Positions 24,763 through 35,538 of a stretch of 64,000 nucleotides of DNA are shown here, one piece after another. The stretch is taken from the NCBI GenBank assembly GCA_001179505.1, contig CDMY01000405.1, positions 1 through 64,000 on the forward strand. Reading direction: 5' to 3'. Below the pieces are notes generated by a model. That model was not told the origin of the DNA, did not search any database, and saw only the letters and a program-made list of their open reading frames with translations. Every line of letters begins with the position of its first letter. Positions within the stretch are counted from its first letter, which is position 1. The translations under genes and the position numbers were made by a program. This DNA comes from Vitrella brassicaformis CCMP3155. Taxonomy: Eukaryota; Protista; Chromerida.

Positions 24763-26494
24763 GTGAGGCTTAGTCGGGTCGGCCGGGTCGGTGTTTCTCA
24801 AACAATCCTCACGTGTCTGTGGGTGGACATCATCGTGTTTTTCGTGCCTTGCTTCCTTCCGTCCCTCCTTGCTTTATGGGATGGCTGCCTCGGCCGGCTT
24901 GTGTGTCAAGGAAACGGCGTGGTGTCTTCTCTTCTTGTTGTCTTCGCACCTATGACGTACTAAGCGACTGATGGATGGATGGATGGATTGCATTGGATGA
25001 CCTACGGGGCGGGGCCTGGCTAGCTGTCACAAACATCCTGGTTCTTACTCGCCGGTGGTGTCGAAGGTAGATGTNNNNNNNNNNNNNNNNNNNNNNNNNN
25101 NNNNNNNNNNNNNNNNNNNNNNNNNNNNNNNNNNNNNNNNNNNNNNNNNNNNNNNNNNNNNNNNNNNNNNNNNNNNNNNNNNNNNNNNNNNNNNNNNNNN
25201 NNNNNNNNNNNNNNNNNNNNNNNNNNNNNNNNNNNNNNNNNNNNNNNNNNNNNNNNNNNNNNNNNNNNNNNNNNNNNNNNNNNNNNNNNNNNNNNNNNNN
25301 NNNNNNNNNNNNNNNNNNNNNNNNNNNNNNNNNNNNNNNNNNNNNNNNNNNNNNNNNNNNNNNNNNNNNNNNNNGGGGGGGGTGATTGGATTGCGGGAAC
25401 CTTTGAAGATGTGACTTGTTTGTTGATAATTCAACACGAGGGAGGGGAGTCTTTGGTGTGACTCGCTGCTTCACCGCTGCCCGATGGTCTGCTCCCCTGC
25501 TCTTGTTTTCGAACGGCCGGGGCAGCGCTTCATCGACAGCCGCGCATCAGCGGAACACAGCGAGCCAGTCGGAAAGATAGGAAGGTCATGTGTGTTTCTC
25601 ATGGCGCGCGACACACACATGCATGTTTGGGCAGGCACACAACACACCGTTGTTGGTTGGGACAGCTTGCTGCAGCATCGTGGGATGGGCGGTGTCGGGG
25701 TTGGGATTTTTCTCATTCGTTCCATCCTCAGTTGGCTGGCATTGCGTTGACCCCCTTCCAACGTCTGTCTGTCTGTCTCCTCTCGTGTCGTCTTGTGTTG
25801 TAGGAATGGAATCTGATGCACACGGGCAGCCACGCCGCCCGGTGCCCTCATTTTTGGACTCACTCTCTCACTCCATCGATCCATCGAGCCCACGCACGTC
25901 ACGTCGTCATGTGTAGTGTGTACAGCACTCGTCTCTCGTCTCTCTCCCTGTGGGTAGACAGCTGGCTTGGCTTAAGCAGGGGAATGACAATACGGCCTGT
26001 GGTCCTTCCGACACCTCCATGTGCACACACACGTACGCTCTCGTGGTGTGGTCTGTGTGTATGGTGTGGCTGGTTGGTGCAGCTGGGCTGGCGCGGATTT
26101 CTCGTGTGCATGTGAGCATGACGACTGCCATCGCACCCTCGCCAGGTGCGGTATGTAGGTGCCTAGGTGCTTACGTGGAGACGCCGCCTTGGCTGTCTCG
26201 GTTGTCTTTTGCTCGTCAACATGAATCGACTCGTCAGTCGGTCACCGATCAATGTATACATGTCTCTCAGGCACGACCACCAACACACACAGACACATGC
26301 ATTGCGTCCTCTCAAACGAACCGAATCAGCTTACATCACAATATAGAATGTACACACCGATGCACACACACACACTCTTGCTGCCCTTTCGAGCCACCTC
26401 AGCACCGCACAAATATGTCGGTTCTGTAGGAGCAATAAGTTCGTGAGGAGATGATCAGCGGTGCGCGGCAAAAGTGTTGCCCATTCCGCCCACC

Positions 26495-27030
26495 TTCTCC
26501 TTCCTCATGGTGTACGCCGCCCCACCAAATCGACAGACAGAGAAGGAGTCCAACCAACGATGCAGTCAGTGTGTGCGTCGTCTGTCGCCCTGTGCTGTGC
26601 TGCATTGCCGGGCGGCTCGGCTTCTTACTCTGCAGCAGGTAGATGGCCAGCGGGCGCACTCGCAGGATCTTCTGAAGCAGTGCCGAGAGCCAGCAGCTCT
26701 GGTCAATGTTGCAGAAGACCGCGTCCCGCGGCCACTGCAAGCCACGCATACAGCCACAACAGCACATACCACATAGGAGTGCACAATGCCCCGAGAGACG
26801 AGGGATACCCTCCAGGTCGCTCACCCTTTGTGTCCACTGCTCGTCGTACGCTGTCGGCGTGGCAAAGTTGGGGCTGCTCGAGACCACTGTGAGCGTCGAT
26901 GCCCTGCCCTTGGCTGGGGTCGGTGGAGGGTGTACGGGGCGATGGCGATGGCGCCGCTGATCGGCATCGAGCCTTTCGGCCTGCGGACGACATGGTGGGC
27001 TGGGGCTGCTTCTTAACTGCCCTCAGGAAT
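26495..27030 (-). pseudogene. Inverted, frameshifted partial copy of the 5' part of the USP gene at 36188
   Basis: FATPTAYDEQWTQRVSDLEGIPRLSGHCALLC and IDQSCWLSALLQKILRVRPLAIYLLQSKKPSRP match 36188-36660, introns included. The ATG frame differs from the downstream conserved frame, and similarity stops near 26495. Confidence 0.8.
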
Positions 27031-27285
27031 CTCATTTTCCCAGCGCTGGCTAGCAGAATCTGTGAAGGCAGAATCTGTTTTCGCCGTCTCTGATTCTCGA
27101 CATTTACAGAAAGTGGAAACAAGACAGCGGATCGTACTTATTGCTTTTCCTTCTTCTTCCTGCCTCGCCCTTTCGTCCCGGCAGATGCAGATGGGCAGCT
27201 CGAAAACGAACGAAAGAAAATATGGCGGGTCGTTGGGCCCGCTCGCCCCGTGGCCCCTGTCAGTGAGGCTGGGCGCCTCATGACG

Positions 27286-27316
27286 CCTAGCGGGGCGACG
27301 CCGACGCCCCGCTAGG
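27286..27316. repeat. Perfect 12-bp GC-rich inverted repeat (hairpin) next to an assembly gap
   Basis: cctagcggggcg-acgccga-cgccccgctagg. Confidence 0.9.
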
Positions 27317-28363
27317 NNNNNNNNNNNNNNNNNNNNNNNNNNNNNNNNNNNNNNNNNNNNNNNNNNNNNNNNNNNNNNNNNNNNNNNNNNNNNNNNNNNN
27401 NNNNNNNNNNNNNNNNNNNNNNNNNNNNNNNNNNNNNNNNNNNNNNNNNNNNNNNNNNNNNNNNNNNNNNNNNNNNNNNNNNNNNNNNNNNNNNNNNNNN
27501 NNNNNNNNNNNNNNNNNNNNNNNNNNNNNNNNNNNNNNNNNNNNNNNNNNNNNNNNNNNNNNNNNNNNNNNNNNNNNNNNNNNNNNNNNNNNNNNNNNNN
27601 NNNNNNNNNNNNNNNNGGGGGGGGGGGGGGGGGGGGGGGGGGAGAATGACGCAGCGGCTGAGGATCCGCCGAGTTCCACAGCGACACACAGTGAGTACTG
27701 GGAGACAAAAGGAAACCCCAGCTGCATGCCCACCCAGAGGTGGCTGCATCCACAGCCCCAATCCGTTCAGTGTTTTGCAAAACTGATCAATCCGGCAGTG
27801 TGAGCAATGCCAGCTGTGGGGCATGGCATCTTTCGTTCCAGCGGCGCGTTGCATGAGGTGCACGTGTCGTGGGCGCATGATCACAAAAGGGGCATGCCAG
27901 CGAGCGACTTCACGGCCGCTGAATGAGTCTGTCTGCAGTTTGCAATGTGGGGAGGGAGCCACCTCACTACAGCAGGTTGAGTGAGTGTCCCCCTGCCCAC
28001 AGCAAGGCTGAACAGCTCGAAAGCTGTCGCAAGTAGAGAAATGTATTTTTTGAGTCCGCGTTGGTTCGGTACATGTACCTTTGATGAGTCGTATGAATGA
28101 GTCTGTCACAGGAATGAGCTCTATCAATATGAGCATGTCCTGCTTCATGTTCAGCGGTCACTGCCCCAAGCTGGGTCAGTGCTTCCATTGCGGTTGACTG
28201 ATGAGCTATCAACAAGTCAAACAGAGTCAAACAGCTGGGAAGCTGTCGCAAATAGAGATATTATCAGAACACACTGCACACACCAAATCGAAGAGATAGT
28301 TGAGATGGGAGGCTTGCAGACACGGGCATATCAAGACAGCACAGACCAGGACATTCCGGTCTC

Positions 28364-29080
28364 CTCTCTGGGCCTCTTGTCTCGCAGAATGGCCTGTGCT
28401 CGGCAGCAGCCGTCCAGAGAAGGGCGCCATGCAGCAGCCTGGTCTGTAAGCTGCCGTAGCCTCTCGCCGAGGCTGACAAGCCGTGATTGCGGTCACGTTG
28501 AATTCCCTTCGCGACAACCATACGCTCCATCAGCTCCGATCGGCTGCTCCCTGCTGTCCGGCTGGCCGTTGGAGCTGTCGATGGGGGGCTGAACGAGTGG
28601 GCGGGCCTTTGGCGGGAGATCCGGTTTTCTTTCAGACGGTATGCTGCCATGCTACTGCATCACCATCAAGCTGCCGCGCCTTGTGGAGGTCTTCTGCATC
28701 TCGCTCTCCTCTCTGGGCCTCTTGTCTCGGTTGGGATCGCCTGTAACCAACAGCATCCGCCTGGATAGGGGTGCCATGCAGCAGCCCGGCCCGTGAAATG
28801 CCGTAGCGTCTCACCGATGCTGACAAGCCGTGATTCTGGTCACGTTGAATTGCTTTGCCGAGTACTAAGCTCCGCCAGATGCGACTCCTGCTCAGTTGCC
28901 CTCTGCTGCCCGACTGGCCGTTGAGGCCATCGAGAAGGGGCTGACGAACGAGTGGGCGGGCCTTTGGCGGGAGATCCGGTCTTCTTGCAGATGGGCTGCT
29001 GAGATGCGACTTGGCCTTATACCACCAGCTTTGTACTGCATCACCGCCAAGCTGCCGCGCCTTCTCAAGATCTTCCATAA
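28364..29080. repeat. Diverged tandem duplication, unit ~345 bp, decayed coding-like sequence
   Basis: Shared blocks ctctctgggcctcttgtctcg, gctgacaagccgtgatt, ggtcacgttgaatt, aacgagtgggcgggcctttggcgggagatccggt, tactgcatcacc..caagctgccgcgcctt each occur twice. Minus-strand peptides EDLEKARQLGGDAV and EDLHKARQLDGDAV. Confidence 0.85.
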
Positions 29081-29259
29081 AGCAGCCTCCTGTGCAACGT
29101 GCCCTTGACAGCTGACCGCCTTAGTCCTTTCGCCGATGTTGACAAGATCCGTCAGTTGTGGCTCTTGGTCGGCCGTCGAAGAAGAAGGCATTCGTGCACC
29201 GAAGAGGACGGCACACTTCTCGATATCCGTAAGCCCACGAACACGCTTGCATGCATACG

Positions 29260-29923
29260 GGGGACCCGGCATTCTCACATAGCGCGAGGCAACCCGGTAT
29301 CCTCACACATAGCGCGGGGCAACCCGGTATCCTCAAACATAGCGCGGGGCAACCCGGTATCCTCACACATAGCGCGGGGCAACCCGGCAATTAAACTGAG
29401 ACACGAGGCGACGGGGGTGTGCATGCAGCTCATTTCTTATTGCAGGAGGGGGAGGGGGGAGGGGGGAGGGAGACAGGAAGGGGGGAGGGGAAGAGAGACA
29501 GGCCACCTGGCACGACAAGAGAGACGAGGGCCACACACATCACACCACACACACACACACACACAGGGCAGAGAGGGGGAGGAAGGAGGGGAGGCAGACA
29601 GAGATGGACACTTTTACACACACAACACGAACACAAAGCGCGAGACAGACGCGTACACGCACCCCCACCACATATACTTGGCACACCACCTCCCCTGGCC
29701 CGGGGGAGTATGCAAGCATGGGCAGCCCCGCGCCATCGGGGTGAAAACGGACTGGCATTTTTTTCTTCGAAACCCAGGGGTAGCCAAGGGAAACCTTGGT
29801 GAGCCGGACTCGCCGCCCTAATCTCTGCCTCGTTTTTGCAGGGCTGCTAGACCGTTTCGATGGATGCATTTTCATGCGTTCATAGGAGACGCTTGATGAA
29901 TGAATGAATGAATGAATGAATGA
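29260..29923 (+). mobile_element. ~650 bp interspersed repeat, copy 1 (5' 30-bp tandem array, 3' (TGAA)n tail); unclassified, SINE-like or non-autonomous
   Basis: Near-identical to 35539-36149 in the same orientation; no real ORF. Confidence 0.7.
29278..29387 (+). repeat. 30-bp tandem minisatellite CATAGCGCGGGGCAACCCGGTATCCTCACA (~3.7 units plus a degenerate upstream unit)
   Basis: Exact 30-nt period at 29278, 29308, 29338, 29368; same unit at 35541 and 35571. Confidence 0.95.
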
Positions 29924-30009
29924 GATGGGCGACAGCGTAAATTCGCACTGCGCGTTACGTGTCGTCAGCACTGAGGAGAGTTTCTTGGCCCGCGTTGTCA
30001 TCATAGAGG

Positions 30010-32648
30010 ATGCTGAGCTTCGAATTCCTTATTTTCCTGTTGGTGGCGGTCGTCGGCCAGGTGACATGCCAGACGTTGGTACGTGTGGAGAACCTCACGG
30101 CCGCCTTCCTTCAAGATGTCTTGGATGCACAGGAACAGCGGCGGCACTTCTGTAAGATGGAGGCTGAAGTGAATAGCACAAGGTGGCAACAGGCGCGGGA
30201 GAGCGAGCGGGAGAGTGAAGCCAACGGGCCTCGCGAGATGCCGATGCAGCCTCTCCCATTTTCTATCACTCTGCCTGGCGTCAACGCCACAGCGATTCGA
30301 CAAGAAATCATCAAGGAGTTCCTTTGGACTTGGTCACACTACAAAGAGAGGGCGCTGGGCTTTGACGAGCTCAAGCCACTCTCAGGAACGCCTAACAAGT
30401 ATATGAACATGATGCTGATGATGGTGGATTCACTCGACACTCTTTATCTGATGTCCGAGCTCGACGAATTCAACGAGACAGCACTTTACATAGAGAACAA
30501 CTTGGACTTCGACAAAGCAACGACTTTCTCCTTCTTGTAAGGGTTTTGAATGAGCGAGTGAGTGCGTTATTTTCTGCTCACTGTCCACCCAGCGAAACTA
30601 CAATCCGCATTCTGGGTGGCTTACTATCATGTGAGGGGACTTTTGCTGTGCATGATACATAGATAACGATAACGATACAGCTCTCTGTCTCTCTCTTGTG
30701 TGTGTGCGCGTGTGTGTGTGTGTGTGTGTGCAGCTGCATCGTTGTCAGGAAGGCCGGGCCTTCTGGCCAAGGCCATCGACATCGGAGAGCGGCTGTACCG
30801 TGGCATCGACGCGGCATCGGGTTTTCCTTGTCGCCAGATCAACTTGAGCACCAGCTCATGCTCAGCCGATTGCACTGTCAACCTTGCTGAGGTCGGCTCT
30901 TTTCAGCTAGAGTTCTTTGCCCTGTCGGACCTGACGGGCGATCCCAAGTTCAAAGACGCGGCGAGGCGGGCGTACCTGCAAATACGCAGGGCGGGAGGCA
31001 AGGACAATTTGTTGCCGTAATGGCTCATTGTCGCACAGCCATGCAACCAAACATCTACTGTCTCTGTCTTGTTGACTGTAGATTCATGAACATTCTCAAC
31101 GTAGAAAAACCGGAGGGGGCAGGCGGAGAAGCATCCATGGGAGGCGGCGCTGACTCGTAAGGCGACAATGCGAGTTGAGTATGTGAGAAGACACCAACGC
31201 ATGGGAGTCGTGATGGGACTGCTGATGCAGGTACTACGAGTACATACTCAAGTGGTACCTTCAAACGGGTATGGAGGAGTACAGCACAGACTGGGAACTG
31301 GCGATGGACGAGATGTTCGAGCAACTTGTCAGGACGGACAATTCGGGAGCCGTCACAGTAAGATCGGCACATGTTTTCCGCATGTTTGTGCGTCTGTGTG
31401 TCTTTCTTTTTGGTCGTCACCTTCACACGCTTTCTAGGTTGTGGCTGCCCCAGGCGGCTTCAGCAATCCTTCCAACCTGGAAATGGTATGCTGATGCAAT
31501 GGCGGAAGTCATTATGTGCGTGGTATTGTTCGCGGGAATGTAGGAGCACTTGGCGTGTTTCACACCAGGCATGAAATCAATGTGCTGATGCGAGATGTAG
31601 CCTTCATTCATTCATTTTGGGCGGTTGGTTGTGCGCGCACCAGGCATGGTCATATTGGGGCAAAGAGAGCTCGACATGGCCAAGGCGAAAGAGATACGAT
31701 GGATGAAGCAGGCGGAGGCAATAACCCAGGCCTGTAAGTCATCGGTAACTGTATCTCATGTATCCTACCCCCTCCCTCCCATGATAGGCTTCCTTCCCTA
31801 CTACCGAAGTGCTACCGGCGTCGGGCGCGAGCGGTTTGTCTTTCGCTCTACTGATCCCTCGGCGACAGTGGAGTTCGATCCGAATAGGGGCCACAGGCAA
31901 TATCTGTTGCGACCAGAGGCAATAGAGAGCGTCTATTTGATGTGGTATTTCACTGGGGAGATAAAGTACAGGTATGCATCAGCATCAACGTGAAGTTCTA
32001 CAGTGTGTCTCGTGACATATGGAGTGTTGCACCTGTATTCTTTCTAGGAGAATGGGGCGCCACAATGTGGAATGGAATACGGGTGCGACACAAGAGGGGA
32101 GAGATCGTTGTGGCAACAACATCGCTCTTGCGTGTGTGTTGGCTCTCAGTCGTCGTGTCGTGGAAAATTCGGATACGCCGTCCTGCAGGTGCGGACACAT
32201 ACTGAGCCAATTCTCCGCCTTGATGTGTCGCTCCTTTATGGGTGTTATACTGCAGGACACAAACGCCCCTGACTCGCAGAACGATGCGACGGAGGTAAGA
32301 AAGACACCACGTGTTTGGTCTTCACTCGAGATGCATACAAACTGGTGGTCTTGACGGGATGTCGCTTGCCTGCCTGCTTAGTCCTTCTTCATGGCGGAGA
32401 CACTTAAATACCTCTACTTGCTCTTCTCTGACCGAAAGACGCTCGATCTTAGCAAATGGGTAAGAACAGAACGGGCTCGAACCCGGCAAATGCTGCCTTG
32501 ACTGTTCACCAGGTTCTGAACACGGAGGCTCATCCACTGATCCGACGCAACCGGGTTTAGAGGGCGAACTCCGCGTGTATTCGTTACCTGCCGGGGTAAT
32601 GGAAGACCTTTGAATCCGCGGCAAACTGGCCGACGTCTGTATACATGA
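30010..32648 (+). CDS. Class I alpha-1,2-mannosidase (GH47), N-terminal signal/anchor, ~13 exons with short introns
   Basis: MLSFEFLIFLLVAVV; WSHYKERALGFDELKPLS, MVDSLDTLYLM, F|ETTIRILGGLLS, LAEVGSFQLEFFALSDLTGDPKF, SMGGGADS|YYEYILK, EHLACF, YLLRPEAIESVYLMWYFTG, SFFMAETLKYLYLLFSD, W|VLNTEAHPL. Confidence 0.95.
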
Positions 32649-32962
32649 CGTCTGGCTGATCGACTGAAGGGATCCTGGGCAGGCCAGCCGGGTTCTCTGC
32701 ATATGCATCGAATGACATCCGTGTGCACATGTCATATGGAAATCGTCCCGACGCGGGGCGAAGAGGAAGCCCAATACCGCAAACTCAGCTGTCATTCGAC
32801 ACATAAGCAGACAGAGAGACCAGCAGTAAAGCAGTAAAGCAGTCGGTCGGTAGGCCACTCACGGAGGGTCTGATCATTGTCGGTTCGCACGTACACTTGT
32901 GCATCTCCAGGGGGAATTGCTTGCCGTCCAGGGTATGTTCCGACCGTGAGTGGAAGTGAAAG
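32322..32962 (-). CDS. Alpha-carbonic anhydrase-like sequence (gene or remnant); Zn-ligand exon clear, rest uncertain
   Basis: Exon 32962-32897 (cag|..|gtgtac) encodes FHFHSRSEHTLDGKQFPLEMH, with all three Zn-binding His. Downstream ORF has AEFAVLGFLF, GSVDEPPCSE and LSVREEQVEVFKCL. No 5' exons identified. Confidence 0.6.
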
Positions 32963-33810
32963 CTGGACAAGGAAGGAGGACGGCAAATTTAAGGCATAAG
33001 GCAGCCAGGTAGGCAGGCGTTCTGGACTCTTTACGAGACGGCGACGACATGAACTGTTTCCCTTGGTACTGGATCCCTCAGCTCTCCGTCCACGAATATA
33101 TCGTTCCTCTTCACACGCAGAGACACACAAAGTGCATTTCAATGTACACGACGAGAGGGCAGCATCTGTCTGTGCGTGTGTGTGTCTATGGCTTACATAC
33201 GTATCTGCGTAAAGCCCTACTCCCCTTTCCCGAGCCGTGTCCCCTTGTGCAGTCGCAGCCCCAAAGGGGAGGGTCAGTGTGTGTGGGTGTGCAGAAGTGT
33301 GTGAGTGTGTCTGTATGTATGTATTGTATGTGACGGGACAACAGGGGTGCAGCGGATTCTGCATCAGCTCCTTCCACGCTGAACCGACGACCTTCTCCTT
33401 CGAACGCATGAGCCAGGGACGTGGTCGATTTTGGTATAGATCCCGTCGATTTGACCACATCCCCTTCCACCACGCAAGACCGATTCCGAGTAAGGGGCAC
33501 CCACTGCGTGGGCACCCCGGGCCGGGAATTGGGCGGGGGTCGAAAAAAGCGTGCGAAGTGGTGGTTCCATTATGCGTCACAGAGACGTGCACAGTAGGAG
33601 TGTTGGCGAGAAGCACACTAACGCATGCAACAATGGCGAGAGTTTAAAAAACATGCAGACAACAATCATTATGGCGGGAGCTTGAAAAACATGCAGATCT
33701 TGAAGACAGACGTGGCGATAACATGCAGGTACTCAGATCAAGAACACAAGACACCCCCCATGCCGCTCCTGCTGCGCCCGTGTTGAAGACGTGCTTCACC
33801 ACGTATATCA

Positions 33811-34457
33811 ATGCATCGCTGGATGCAATTGGATACCAACCTATCGATATCCAGCGATGATGTCAATCTAGTGCGCCTGTTGAAGGGGCTATTGAAGACT
33901 GCCTTCGATGACTATCAATCGGCTTGTCAATCAAATGGGAACCACCAGGATCAGCCCAACGATGACCTGCACCAGCAACGCAACAAGGTAAATGAAATCG
34001 GCCACAGCCGCGCCACGTCAGATGAAGCAAGCCTCCGGAGTGAGTAGCTTCTCTTGGAGTCGAATCTCTTCACACACGGTGGTCACTCGATGGATGCTGC
34101 CAGCCTCACTCGATTGTTGGCGCAGCCGGCGTCTGCATTCAAGCCGCCTGAGACGGTCGACGACAGGATCTTCTCTGTCACTGGGCGAGCCGTTACAAAT
34201 TGAACGAAGAGCAGATGCTGGCGTTCCAAATCATCTGCAGCCACTTGCTGAACCACTACAAAGACCTGAGGGACAATAAATACGTCGCGCCATTGCGCAT
34301 GTGCCTGACCGGCGAGTTCGGCACCGGCAAGACCGTCATGAAAGTCGTGAAGGCTTGTTCTGCTGAACTGCAATGCAGACATTGGCTGTGTCTGGCGGCA
34401 CTTACCGGTGTGGCTGCAGATAACACCGAAGGCTCGACCATCGATTCGCTCCTGCAC
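33811..34457 (+). pseudogene. Decayed PIF1-family (SF1B) helicase fragment, probably a Helitron relic
   Basis: RYKLNEEQMLAFQIICSHL..PLRMCLTGEFGTGKT..LAALTGVAADNTEGSTIDSLL matches PIF1 motifs I/Ia/Ib. Upstream frames are broken by stops and a frameshift; truncated after motif Ib. Confidence 0.75.
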
Positions 34458-34580
34458 GGGCTTGAGGTCACAGTGCCACACGCCGTTCTCTTCCAGATGG
34501 GCCATCGCAGACAGCAGCTGACGGAGCACCCGGCGCAGCACGGCAGGCGGGAGGCCAGCGGGGTAGGACTGACACCGGAA
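34458..34580 (-). pseudogene. Isolated Ser/Thr protein kinase fragment (subdomains VIa-VIb) abutting the helicase relic
   Basis: GLPPAVLRRVLRQLLSAMAHLEENGVWHCDLKP, ending abruptly at the helicase junction. Confidence 0.7.
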
Positions 34581-34801
34581 GCCGTGAAGCGAGTTGGTAA
34601 GGGGCTGTGTGTGATGTGATGGTGCGTTGAACACAGATCTACAACAGGCCATCCTTCAACCAGCATACATCGGTGAGAGGGGAGATGAGAATACCGAAGA
34701 ACATCATCTCACCGCGCGCTTCGACCTACCTGAGTTGTGTGTGTTCTGATGGTGTGTTGAACAGATCTCGGCGCGTGAAGAAGCGTTGATTTTTGTATCC
34801 A

Positions 34802-35238
34802 ATGTCTGCGGCCTTCACGAGATCTGCCAAGCTGGTGTTTCTGGGCGCCCCGGGTGCTGGCAAGGGGACGTATGCGACGCGGCTGTGCAAGGCGTGGTCC
34901 ATCCCTCACATATCCACGGGCGACATCATTCGCGCTGAGATCAAGGCGGGATCGGACCTCGGCCGCCAGTTCCAGAGCTACTCCAACACAGGCGCTCTTG
35001 TGCCCGATGAGCTCGTTGTGGCCATTGCAAAGTACGCGCAACACATGTATCTGCTTGCATCAGTGACATACTGATGGTTGATGAACTGTTGGTCTGTCTG
35101 TCTGTCTGTATATTTGTGCATGGCGTTCAGGAAGCGATTGAGTGCGTCAGATGCGCAAAGGGGATATCTGCTGGACGGCTTTCCCCGCACTGTGCCCCAG
35201 GCCGAGCAGTTTCAGCAGTTCGCGCCCCCCACAATGTG
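34802..35238 (+). CDS. adk: Adenylate kinase, 5' part only (runs into a gap; LID/C-terminal exons not seen beyond it)
   Basis: [52 protein letters not shown]; one intron at ~35032-35130. Confidence 0.9.
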
Positions 35239-35538
35239 NNNNNNNNNNNNNNNNNNNNNNNNNNNNNNNNNNNNNNNNNNNNNNNNNNNNNNNNNNNNNN
35301 NNNNNNNNNNNNNNNNNNNNNNNNNNNNNNNNNNNNNNNNNNNNNNNNNNNNNNNNNNNNNNNNNNNNNNNNNNNNNNNNNNNNNNNNNNNNNNNNNNNN
35401 NNNNNNNNNNNNNNNNNNNNNNNNNNNNNNNNNNNNNNNNNNNNNNNNNNNNNNNNNNNNNNNNNNNNNNNNNNNNNNNNNNNNNNNNNNNNNNNNNNNN
35501 NNNNNNNNNNNNNNNNNNNNNNNNNNNNNNNNNNNNNN

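Noticed and set aside
25440-26450. Short ORFs between the gap and the USP relic as a gene
   Set aside because: There is no consistent exon chain or motif. The sequence is microsatellite-rich and looks intronic or intergenic.
29278-29387. 30-bp repeats as a CRISPR array
   Set aside because: The units are directly adjacent with no unique spacers, there are no cas genes, and the context is eukaryotic. It is a minisatellite.
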